DNA of 64,000 nt from Candidatus Heimdallarchaeota archaeon. GTDB taxonomy: Archaea > Asgardarchaeota > Heimdallarchaeia > Heimdallarchaeales > Heimdallarchaeaceae. Shown here piece after piece: positions 37,046 through 45,685 of this stretch. The position numbers and the translations under genes are program-made. The number at the start of each line of letters is the position of its first letter. The stretch's first letter is position 1. The stretch lies in assembly GCA_021399345.1 (NCBI GenBank), contig JAAFKI010000045.1, forward strand, positions 191,965 to 255,964, given 5' to 3'. Below the pieces are notes generated by a model. It saw only the letters and a list, made by a program, of their open reading frames with translations, did no database searches and had not been told where the DNA came from.

Positions 37046-37594
37046 TCATTCAGGATATAGTTTATTCATTATTTTTCTTTGTATTTCAATAATATCACTG
37101 CTATTACTAGATTTGGAGTAACTTTCAAGATAGATTCTGTTAATCTTATAGAATTCTTTTCCCCACTCTACAAGAGATAATATGGCCAAACTTTGTTCTT
37201 TAGCTCCCAAAATAAACAAAGCTGCAGCTAATGCTTCTAAAGTACTTAATTTAGAGGGAACACCATAGTTGTTTGGATTGGCTGCAATAAGAAAAGGTAA
37301 AGCCCTTCCAGTTCCTTTCTCAAGAGCTTTACTCCCGCCTTTTATGTTGTTCCATGAGCAATCAACCCCCACAACACCGTTTTTCTTAGCCAAATCCAAA
37401 TCAGCTGGAGAAAGAGCATATTCAGCAAATGGAGTTAAAACAATAAGCTTTGAATGAATTTTTCCAACGGAAATAGGTTTAGCTTTCTTGAATTTTAGTA
37501 CTCTAATAGCGGTACACATTTTTGGGTTACAAGTTTTGAAATTACTAATATAAACAGGAATTTGAATAACGGGATTTTTTTTCATTTCTACCAC
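37046..37594 (-). CDS. tsr3: SSU rRNA aminocarboxypropyltransferase
   Basis: CNPKMCTA, LSPAD, DCSW, RALPFLIAANPNNYG, LSTLEALAAAL. Confidence 0.92.
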   Translation of the reverse strand: MVEMKKNPVIQIPVYISNFKTCNPKMCTAIRVLKFKKAKPISVGKIHSKLIVLTPFAEYALSPADLDLAKKNGVVGVDCSWNNIKGGSKALEKGTGRALPFLIAANPNNYGVPSKLSTLEALAAALFILGAKEQSLAILSLVEWGKEFYKINRIYLESYSKSSNSSDIIEIQRKIMNKLYPE

Positions 37595-37621
37595 ATTATT
37601 AGGTGAGATTTAAGAGAAGAT

Positions 37622-37698
37622 TGGCGACCCCGACGCGATTCGAACGCGCGACCCCCAGCTTAGGAGGCTGGTGCTCTATCCAGCTGAGCTACGGGGTC
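37622..37698 (-). tRNA. tRNA-Arg(CCT), CCA encoded
   Basis: Acceptor GACCCCG/CGGGGTC; CCAGC-CTCCTAA-GCTGG. Confidence 0.95.
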
Positions 37699-37816
37699 TT
37701 TGTTTCTTGATTGAATCTTCTTTTTATTAATTTTATTGATAACAGAAATAAAAATCCTATCTTAATGAACAAAAAAAATTGCTTTGAAAGAAGAATTAAA
37801 AGAAAATCTTTTTTCA

Positions 37817-38521
37817 TCATGTAGCAAAGGGATCATATGCTTCTACTTGTTTTTTAAGTTCCTCTATTTTCTTTGTGATGGTTTGTATATCTTCTTTTAA
37901 TTTTAATTCTTTAAACATATCAAGAGCATCTTCATAAGATCTGAGAGCGATTTGAATTCCTTCAGGTGTCTTCTTCTTTAATTCCTTCTCTGAGTTTGAA
38001 ACATGCATATTAGCGATTCTTATCATCAAATCTTTTTTTGCTTTGGCATTTTCTAATTTTATAGTTACTTCCAAAGCATCTCTCAGAAATTGAACTTTCT
38101 TGTTCGAATCTTTTTCCTTTTCTGCAAGTTCGTTATACAGATCAATACTTTCCTGAAATTTTTCTTTTGCTAATTTAATATTCCTTCCTAACAGACAATC
38201 TCCAGCGATTTCTAGAGCTTTAGCTTTCTCATCTAATTTTTTTAGTTTGGAGAGATTAGATTCAATTATTTGAATACTAAAATTACATGCCATATTACCT
38301 ATATCTCTGAAAATGACAGCCCTGTTCATAGTATTTTTATCTTTTTTCCAACAATCAGCAGCTCTATACGCAAAATAAATAGCTTCTTCGAGTTCACCAT
38401 TTTGAATGGCTAGAGTAATGAGATGCTCAAATGTTCGAGCAGCATCTTTGAAACGATTTGCTTTATAGTTAGCATTGGCTTCATCTATTAGAATGTTCAT
38501 TTTTATATCTGGGTCTGACAT
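37817..38521 (-). CDS. TPR/alpha-SNAP-like helical repeat protein
   Basis: A..Y...FKDAA, RAADCW, AGDC, YEDAL helical repeat pattern. Confidence 0.6.
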   Translation of the reverse strand: MSDPDIKMNILIDEANANYKANRFKDAARTFEHLITLAIQNGELEEAIYFAYRAADCWKKDKNTMNRAVIFRDIGNMACNFSIQIIESNLSKLKKLDEKAKALEIAGDCLLGRNIKLAKEKFQESIDLYNELAEKEKDSNKKVQFLRDALEVTIKLENAKAKKDLMIRIANMHVSNSEKELKKKTPEGIQIALRSYEDALDMFKELKLKEDIQTITKKIEELKKQVEAYDPFAT

Positions 38522-38654
38522 GTATCTCTAAAGCTATTTTGTGAATCTAATTCTTATTTCTTTTGGAAGTTATCATTACAAATAAAATTGTTGTTTTTCT
38601 GCAATCGATTGGTTTTTTAACAAGAATCACATTGATAGAATACCAGAATGTTAA

Positions 38655-39077
38655 GTGTTCAAAATGCAAATCTTCACAAAAATAATTCGTTTTCAAACAG
38701 AAGGAGAAATTGACATAGTAGATCTAACTCAAGATTTTGAAGCAATATTAGCAGAATCAAAAATAGAAAATGGAATTCTAAGTGCCAATGTTATAGGGTC
38801 TACTGGAGCTTTAACCGCAATAGAGTATGAAAGAGGGGTTTTGGACGATTTTAAACAGATTCTACAGAAATTGGTACCAAAGGGAGCTGGGTATAAACAT
38901 GATTTAATTGACTCAAATGCTCATTCTCATCTTCGAGCTTCATTAATAGGCCCGAGCATCTCATTCTCAATACAAGAAAAGCGATTACAACTAGGAACAT
39001 GGCAACAACCTGTTTTTGTATGTCTAGATATAGGACCTCGTTCTAGAAAAGTTGCAGTTACAGTAGTTGGAGAATAG
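38655..39077 (+). CDS. YjbQ/UPF0047 family protein
   Basis: GSTGAL...E, NAHSHLRASLIG, LGTWQ. Confidence 0.9.
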   Translation: MFKMQIFTKIIRFQTEGEIDIVDLTQDFEAILAESKIENGILSANVIGSTGALTAIEYERGVLDDFKQILQKLVPKGAGYKHDLIDSNAHSHLRASLIGPSISFSIQEKRLQLGTWQQPVFVCLDIGPRSRKVAVTVVGE

Positions 39078-39081
39078 AATT

Positions 39082-39330
39082 ATGATAACAGAATATTACG
39101 TCGTAAGATGTAGTAATTTATCTTGCGGAAAATTCAGTTATTGCAAAGCGATTCAAAAAACTAAAATGTGTCCTTACTGCGAGCGCAGAATCAATCTTAG
39201 TAAAGTTGAGAAAATAGCGGTTGAGACCAATTCTCAAGCTAGAAAACTTGTACAAGAATTTAACAAGAAACTTGGAGAATTAAAAGAACCTAGTTGGTAT
39301 AAGGAAGGCAAGGAAAAACAGACCCGATAA
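39082..39330 (+). CDS. DUF1922-like zinc-ribbon protein
   Basis: YYVVRC...CG, TKMCPYC. Confidence 0.7.
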   Translation: MITEYYVVRCSNLSCGKFSYCKAIQKTKMCPYCERRINLSKVEKIAVETNSQARKLVQEFNKKLGELKEPSWYKEGKEKQTR

Positions 39331-39412
39331 ACAGAGAGAAAATTGGGATTTTCTTCTTTAAAATGTTAGAGAGAGTTACAAAACGTTTTTTTACTAATTG
39401 CCCAAAAGATAA

Positions 39413-41680
39413 ATGATGTTATTTTCTAAAGAGATTGCTGAGCTACTAAGTGATTCACCGTTCAAACAGTTTGTTCTAATGGAATTAGAACGTGAAAGAA
39501 TTTACCAATCTTTTGTGCAAATAGATGATTTGGATGAAATAAGTCAAGTTTGGCTAGATTTTTCTCAATTCTGTGCAAACACTCTTTCGAATGTTTCATC
39601 ACTATCTAACCTACTTTATAGTCGTTATCTGGATGAATGGACAAGAGATCAAACTCAAATTAAAAAAGATAAAGAAAGAAAGAAAATCATCACTCAAAAA
39701 TTAGAAGATTTGCAAGAATTTCAGATGGAATTAGCAATTTTAATGATTGTATATGCGGATATCGTTAATACAGGTATATTTAGTTCTCAACCATCTCCTG
39801 TTTATTGTACATCATTTATTGAGGGTTATAGAATACTAAACACAATTTCTCAGACATATTTTGATTCATCTCATCCAAGAGCATCAAACATAGAAGAAGT
39901 AATGTTAACTTTTCTCTTACTTAACCAAAAAAAACAAATTATACAACTTTTAGAAGAATCACCAAATGGATATAGCAAGGAAAAATTGATTGAGGAAAAG
40001 GGTGCTTATGAACTAATAATGGCAGAATTTGATGTCACCTTCACTGCACAATTTCTAAAAAGACTGGGAAAAGATTGGTGGTGGAAAGATTCAATAGCTA
40101 CACATTTTGCTTTTGAAAGAAGCCTAAGCCATCTTGAGGTAGCACTAGATTATTATAAACAAATACCTGAAGATCCAGAATTAAAAGGAAGTCAAATTGA
40201 AACAAGTCATATCTCTTTAAATCAAGCTCAAAGAAATAAAGAGCTTATTGACCATTATCTCAGATTGAGTTTTGAAGCAGCTAAAAGTGATAGTTTCATT
40301 GCAAGTGTTGAATATCTGAATCTCGTTCTAGGGCTAGAGGAAGAAGCTTTGAAAATCTTAGACTCCGATGTGGAAACGAATGAAAGAACTGTTAAATTGA
40401 AAGAAACTATCAAAAAAGAAGAAGTAATACATGGTTTCTTTCATGGAATTGCAGAGCTTGCTGCTAAAACTTCAATGTTGTACAATATAATTGCTGATGA
40501 GAAGAAAGAAGAAATTCAGAGCATCGTAGAACAAATAGAAGAAATAGTAAATAAACCAGGTTTAAAGGTAAATATCAATTATGTAAGTAGTCTCCCATTT
40601 GTTTACCTAAACTTTGTTCAAGAGTTAAAAATTGCTTTACTTGAAAATATAAACTTCAAAGATGCAATGGGAAAAGCAGAACAAAACCTAGTTCGTTTTA
40701 TTGAGAGATTAGAATACACAATCAACGATATCTCTACTCAATTGATAGAAATAGAAAAAGCAGATACAAAAATAAAATCTGAAGATATACAACCTTTACT
40801 AGAAAATATAGAAACGATAAAAATATCAGCTTATTTCCTTCCTAAAACAGAAAAGAAAGTTTACATTGTGAAAGACATTGAATGTCTTGAGTATTTAGCC
40901 AACTCTGTGTATTTAGAACAAAATCTCGTTGAAAAAGAAAAAAATGAGGTTTTGGATATTATATATCATGCTAAAGCTCATTATTATTCAACAAAAGCAC
41001 TAGAAATATCTCAATTGAGCAGTGAATCAAACATAAATAAGGAATGGGTAGAACACAGGTATAGTCAAACATTCATTCAAGGGCAGGACGTAGAATTACG
41101 TTTATTTGAACTATCCAGACAGTATCTGTTTTTAAATACAGTAATAGATAAAATAGCTAAAGGATATAGATACTCACTTTCTGCAGAAGATTCTATGAAG
41201 GAAAATTATTTTACAATTATAAATCACAACTTCAATCATTTTGTTCTATTTGACATAATTAACAAACGAATTGCTGAAAACTGCTCAGAACTATTAAATC
41301 ATAAAAAAATGTTTGATTTAAAGGATTCAAATATCAACTGGAATGCAATTGAAATTAAGAAAATATTATCTTTTGCTTTAACCGATTTCTTAGAAGCAAC
41401 AAAGAAAGCAATCTTTGGAATTGGTGCAGATACCAATAAGGAAAATTACAAAGCTGCCTCTCACTTCAACGATGGAGCAAAGGCAGCAAAAGAAGCAAGT
41501 GATCATTTACAATCTGTTGCACAATTTGATTCAACCTTTGCACAACTAGCGAAATCAGCTTATGAATATAGTATTTTACTAAAAGAGCTAGAAAGAAAAA
41601 CAAGAGAAAATGAGAAATTACAAAAACTGCCTATTGATGAGTTATTCAATGTTCTCAAACAACTTACTTTTCTTTCCTAA
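39413..41680 (+). CDS. Large alpha-helical hypothetical protein
   Basis: 755-aa ORF, E/L/K-rich helical pattern. Confidence 0.7.
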   Translation: MMLFSKEIAELLSDSPFKQFVLMELERERIYQSFVQIDDLDEISQVWLDFSQFCANTLSNVSSLSNLLYSRYLDEWTRDQTQIKKDKERKKIITQKLEDLQEFQMELAILMIVYADIVNTGIFSSQPSPVYCTSFIEGYRILNTISQTYFDSSHPRASNIEEVMLTFLLLNQKKQIIQLLEESPNGYSKEKLIEEKGAYELIMAEFDVTFTAQFLKRLGKDWWWKDSIATHFAFERSLSHLEVALDYYKQIPEDPELKGSQIETSHISLNQAQRNKELIDHYLRLSFEAAKSDSFIASVEYLNLVLGLEEEALKILDSDVETNERTVKLKETIKKEEVIHGFFHGIAELAAKTSMLYNIIADEKKEEIQSIVEQIEEIVNKPGLKVNINYVSSLPFVYLNFVQELKIALLENINFKDAMGKAEQNLVRFIERLEYTINDISTQLIEIEKADTKIKSEDIQPLLENIETIKISAYFLPKTEKKVYIVKDIECLEYLANSVYLEQNLVEKEKNEVLDIIYHAKAHYYSTKALEISQLSSESNINKEWVEHRYSQTFIQGQDVELRLFELSRQYLFLNTVIDKIAKGYRYSLSAEDSMKENYFTIINHNFNHFVLFDIINKRIAENCSELLNHKKMFDLKDSNINWNAIEIKKILSFALTDFLEATKKAIFGIGADTNKENYKAASHFNDGAKAAKEASDHLQSVAQFDSTFAQLAKSAYEYSILLKELERKTRENEKLQKLPIDELFNVLKQLTFLS

Positions 41681-41722
41681 GATGACAGCGAATCTTTTTT
41701 AAATTAGTAAAATTAGCCTTTC

Positions 41723-42586
41723 TTGATGAAAACAATTCCTTCTGAGGAAGAACTTTTTGAAAGAATCGACAGAGTTTATTCTGAATTACAAGAGCTACGT
41801 GGAATTCCAGATATGGAATATGATCAATATTATATCTCAAAAGCATCCAGTATGGAAAGGGCTCTTCTTGAAAACCCAGAGGACTATAATGGGAAGAGAA
41901 TTATTTTTCTAGGAGATATGGATCTTTCATCATTACCAATAGGGGTTCTTTCAAAGCCAAAGGATTTGGCTATTTTAGATATTGATAAACGAATCCCTGA
42001 AATTGTTTTTAACATGAAAGTTAAACAAAAGATTAAAACTATACGATATGTTAATCATGATATTCGAGTTAGAATGATAATTATTTTGAAAGATCAATTT
42101 GATTATATTTTTGTTGAACCCCCGATGACAGAAGAAGGTTTAGAGGTCGGTTTATCAAGAGCTGTGCAATGTGCCAATAAAGAATCTTCATCAAGAATCT
42201 TTCTATCTTTTGATATCGAAAGTGAAAAAGAGGATATTTTGGAAAAACTAGTAGATAAAATGAATTTGGAGATAGTAGAAAAGAAAAAAGATTTCAATAG
42301 ATATGAATACAATACTCCTCTGAACAAAACAGTTTCAGACTTATATAGCATTAAAGTTAAATCAAATTCTAAAGAAACTATAGCAAATCACTACTATGGG
42401 CCAATGTATTATAGAGAAAGTAATAGTCAATTACAAATATATTTGTGCAAAACAATATGTGGAGAAAGCTTCAATGTAGGATCTGAGGGTGAGTTCAATT
42501 CAATTGATGAACTAGAAAACAAGGGATGTCCAAAATGTAATCATAAAGGTCCTTTCTTATATAATTCAAGTATAAAGCTTGAATAG
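41723..42586 (+). CDS. BpsA/DUF43-like (branched-chain polyamine synthase family) protein with C-terminal zinc ribbon
   Basis: YDQ, FLGDMDLSS, DIDKR, EPPMT...SRA; CKTIC...CPKC. Confidence 0.7.
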   Translation: MMKTIPSEEELFERIDRVYSELQELRGIPDMEYDQYYISKASSMERALLENPEDYNGKRIIFLGDMDLSSLPIGVLSKPKDLAILDIDKRIPEIVFNMKVKQKIKTIRYVNHDIRVRMIIILKDQFDYIFVEPPMTEEGLEVGLSRAVQCANKESSSRIFLSFDIESEKEDILEKLVDKMNLEIVEKKKDFNRYEYNTPLNKTVSDLYSIKVKSNSKETIANHYYGPMYYRESNSQLQIYLCKTICGESFNVGSEGEFNSIDELENKGCPKCNHKGPFLYNSSIKLE

Positions 42587-42615
42587 AAAAACTAAATCAA
42601 GAGTCAAGTGATTGT

Positions 42616-42972
42616 ATGTCAAAACCATCTAACAAGATTACAATGTGTGCATTGTGTGATAAGAAGCTTGAATTGAATAGTCAAATCCTTCTTAATGGGT
42701 GCCCTTACTGTGGATCCTTTAAGTTTAAAACATATAGAGAAATGTCTACTGATCAAAAGAAAGAAGAAGAACTTGAACTTATTGTAGAAAAAGAGATTCA
42801 CCAAACCGATATAAAAGAGGGGGTTGAAGAGATCAGACTTACAAGTGATGGAGTATTTGAAGTAGATATTGAAAAATTGCTTTCAGATAGTGATGATAAC
42901 AAGCCAATAATAAGTAGGAATAAAGATGGTTCTTACTATATTAAATTTCAAACAGAAGAGGAAGAAAAATAA
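42616..42972 (+). CDS. OapC/DUF2072-like zinc-ribbon protein
   Basis: CALC...LLNGCPYCGSFKF...EEIRL..DGVFEVDIEKLL...DGSYYI. Confidence 0.75.
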   Translation: MSKPSNKITMCALCDKKLELNSQILLNGCPYCGSFKFKTYREMSTDQKKEEELELIVEKEIHQTDIKEGVEEIRLTSDGVFEVDIEKLLSDSDDNKPIISRNKDGSYYIKFQTEEEEK

Positions 42973-43042
42973 CTTTTAAAAACCTCTCACTTGTCAAAAG
43001 ATTTTAAATTAACTGATTATTAATGGGGCAGAGGTAACTTAT

Positions 43043-43921
43043 TTGTCTTCTAAAGAACAAAGGGCTAAGGAAAAGAGGATAACGGATGGTGTTAAAGAGA
43101 TTCTTGAATTTAGAGGATTTCAAATTAAAAATACCAAAGAAGATGACGATTTCCTAGACATTTATGCTGATAAAATTTCTGAAGAAAAAGAAAAGATAAC
43201 TGCAATTGCACGATTTCCTAAAAATCCTCAAATTGGAGTAAAACTAATTAGACTTTTAGGAAAACTACAAGAGGAAGAAAAGCTTGGTGAAGCCCTCCTT
43301 ATTGCAGAATCACCTTTAACTCATTATGCAAAGAAAGAGTCAGTTAAACTGGGTATTGAAATTATAAGTAGTAATAATCCACTGTTTAACATCTTTGATC
43401 ATAATATAGTTCGTCAACATATTAAGCTTAAATCACCAGAAATAAAGTACTTCTTAGAGAGATACCAGATTGAAAAAAATCAAATACCTAAAATCCTAGA
43501 AAGTGATGCTGCTGTAAAAGCTATTCAAGCAAAACCTGGTGATGTTATCAAAATCGTTCGAAATCCAGATATGGGAGAAAATGGATCTTATTATAGAGTC
43601 GTTATAAAGTCAACATCGAGACTTCGTTTAGTAGAAACAGGAACTATTAAAAAGAAAACAACAAGAAAAATCCCTCCAAAAAAGCCTAAAGAAACACCTG
43701 AAAAACCAGTTGAAGATAAACCAAAAACAGCACCAAGTAAGACAGCTGATAAAACAAAGAAAGTACCAAGCAAGACAGCTGATAAAACAAAGAAAGTACC
43801 AAGCAAGACAGCCGCAAAAACAAAGAAAGTACCAAGTAAGACAGCCGCAAAACCAAAGAAAACACCAAGTAAGACAGCTACAAAATCTAAAGCGACAACC
43901 TCAAAAAAATCAGCTAAATAA
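43043..43921 (+). CDS. rpo5: RNA polymerase subunit Rpo5/RPB5-like with eukaryote-type N-terminal domain and repetitive basic C-terminal tail
   Basis: C-domain FNIFDH...IPKILESD...AKPGDVIKIVR...YYRVV; N-domain RGF...FPKNPQIGVK...LTHYAK. Confidence 0.85.
   Translation: MSSKEQRAKEKRITDGVKEILEFRGFQIKNTKEDDDFLDIYADKISEEKEKITAIARFPKNPQIGVKLIRLLGKLQEEEKLGEALLIAESPLTHYAKKESVKLGIEIISSNNPLFNIFDHNIVRQHIKLKSPEIKYFLERYQIEKNQIPKILESDAAVKAIQAKPGDVIKIVRNPDMGENGSYYRVVIKSTSRLRLVETGTIKKKTTRKIPPKKPKETPEKPVEDKPKTAPSKTADKTKKVPSKTADKTKKVPSKTAAKTKKVPSKTAAKPKKTPSKTATKSKATTSKKSAK
43732..43885 (+). repeat. 33-bp coding tandem repeat, about 4.7 copies (PSKTA[D/A]K[T/P]KK[V/T])
   Basis: Units starting accaag(t/c)aagacagc at 43732, 43765, 43798, 43831, 43864. 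Confidence 0.95.
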
Positions 43922-43954
43922 TTTCTTAAAATTTCAAAATCATGAGGGTTCAAA

Positions 43955-44881
43955 ATGATAACTTTCCTATCTGGAGGAACAGGAACCCCAAAACTAATTC
44001 AAGGTTTTAGAAGTAATATTCCAGAAGAACAAATATCTATAATTGCCAATTCTGCAGATAATTTCTGGGTGTATGGTTTATATGTTTCTCCAGATATTGA
44101 TACAATTCTTTATCTCTTCAGTAACATATTAGATACCGAAAAATACTGGGGTGTAATAAATGAAACTTACAACACTCTAGACTTTTTAAACAGATATGGG
44201 GTAAACACTTGGTTCCAGTTAGGAGACAAAGACTTAGGAATGCATATTTTTCGGACAAATGAGATGCAAAAGGGAATAAGTCAATCTGTTATAATTGATA
44301 ATTTCAGAGAGAAACTAGGCATTGGAGCTAAGATTTTTCCTAGTTCAGAAAATCATATTGAAACACGCATTATTACCGAGGATGATAGAGATATTCACTT
44401 TCAAGAGTTTTGGGTGAAAAACAAAGGAGAAATCGAAATTAAAGATGTATATGTTAAAGAACTTGAGAAAGCAATAGTTCCAAACCTAGCTCTAGATGAA
44501 TTAGATACTTCAGAAATAATAGTAATTGGTCCTAGTAACCCAATCACCAGCATTGGACCCATTGTTGATATTAAACCCATTAGAAAAATACTTGAAAAAA
44601 ACAGAAACAAATGTATAGCTATAAGTCCAATTATAGGTGAAGCACCTGTTAGTGGACCAACAGGTAAGTTGATGAAAACCAAAGGTCTTGAGATATCTCC
44701 AGTAGGTATAGCAAAACTGTATAAAGACATATGTAGCACAATAATAATTCATGAAACAGATAGGAATTATACAGAGGAAATTGAAAAAGAAACAGGTTTA
44801 GAAGTTCTTACACAAAATATTCTCTTTAGAGATGTATTTATCTCCAAGAAGCTTTCCTCTTTCATTCTAAATAGGAGATAG
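43955..44881 (+). CDS. cofD: 2-phospho-L-lactate transferase (F420 biosynthesis)
   Basis: LSGGTGTPK, SPDIDT, WFQLGDKD, HFQEFWV, GPSNPITSIGP, SGP. Confidence 0.95.
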   Translation: MITFLSGGTGTPKLIQGFRSNIPEEQISIIANSADNFWVYGLYVSPDIDTILYLFSNILDTEKYWGVINETYNTLDFLNRYGVNTWFQLGDKDLGMHIFRTNEMQKGISQSVIIDNFREKLGIGAKIFPSSENHIETRIITEDDRDIHFQEFWVKNKGEIEIKDVYVKELEKAIVPNLALDELDTSEIIVIGPSNPITSIGPIVDIKPIRKILEKNRNKCIAISPIIGEAPVSGPTGKLMKTKGLEISPVGIAKLYKDICSTIIIHETDRNYTEEIEKETGLEVLTQNILFRDVFISKKLSSFILNRR

Positions 44882-44885
44882 ATCG

Positions 44886-45041
44886 ATGATTAATCTTGAT
44901 TTCAAGTTTAGACGACCAATTGTTCAATCTGCCTTAGCTGGTATATCAAACAGAATTTTTTGCCAAGAAATTCTGAGATATGGTGCTGGTATGGCAGTAT
45001 CTGTTGTTAGATCATTGATTCGAGATTCAAAGTTTATTTAA
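44886..45041 (+). pseudogene. Internally deleted remnant of a Dus-like (MJ0144-family) TIM-barrel flavoprotein
   Basis: MINLDFKFRRPIVQSALAGISNRIFCQEILRYGAGMAVSVVRSLIRDSKFI*: a Dus N-terminal motif joined to a C-terminal-like VSVxR motif. Confidence 0.55.
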
Positions 45042-45064
45042 AGATTATACCGGACAGAAAAACC

Positions 45065-45685
45065 ATGGAAGCAATAATAATTCCTTATAGAGGAACTGCG
45101 AGTGATAAGAGCAGATTAAGGTCTGATCTAAAGGAAACTTCTGTTGGAAAACTTCTAAATTATATGACTCAGAATCTTATAAATGAGGTATCTAAGATTG
45201 AATCAGATGTTCACTTATACATATTAACAAAGAAAAATAATCTTAGCTTTTCAGGAAACTTTACTGTTCTGTTAGATAATGGGGATGAATTAAATGAATC
45301 ACTTACTAATGCTTTCAAAGAAATAAAAGAGAATATTATCACTATAGTTATGGCTGATTTACCTCTGATTAAATCTGAAGAAATTCAGAAAATTCTACAT
45401 AAATACAAGACTGAGAAAAAAATATTACTTGGTCCAACGCTGGATAATGGAACAAGCATATTAACTTTCAATAAGAATAACTCTTTTCCATTGGTCTTTG
45501 GAAAGAATTCAGCCTTAAGATTTAGAGATGTTTTTGAAAAAGAAGCTATATCTTATGAAATCTTAGAAAATAAGGATGTTTACAGAGATATAGACAAATT
45601 TAAGGATTTGATAGAAATAATGGAAAATAATTCTATTCCAGAAAATATAAAACAAATAATTAAGGAATGTGTAGATTTTGAATGA
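45065..45685 (+). CDS. cofC: 2-phospho-L-lactate/PEP guanylyltransferase (F420 biosynthesis), divergent
   Basis: IIPY, KSRL, LNESL, MADLPL, DNGT, FGKNS, DIDKFKDL; near cofD. Confidence 0.8.
   Translation: MEAIIIPYRGTASDKSRLRSDLKETSVGKLLNYMTQNLINEVSKIESDVHLYILTKKNNLSFSGNFTVLLDNGDELNESLTNAFKEIKENIITIVMADLPLIKSEEIQKILHKYKTEKKILLGPTLDNGTSILTFNKNNSFPLVFGKNSALRFRDVFEKEAISYEILENKDVYRDIDKFKDLIEIMENNSIPENIKQIIKECVDFE

Noticed and set aside
15274-37698. Integrated element at one of the tRNA genes
   Set aside because: No integrase/transposase and no duplicated tRNA 3' end seen; flanking genes are cellular
43732-43885. 33-bp repeats as a CRISPR array
   Set aside because: The units are contiguous with no spacers and lie in frame within a CDS; no cas genes are present
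43591-43958. Alternative-frame and antisense repetitive ORFs
   Set aside because: They are by-products of the tandem repeat in the rpo5 tail
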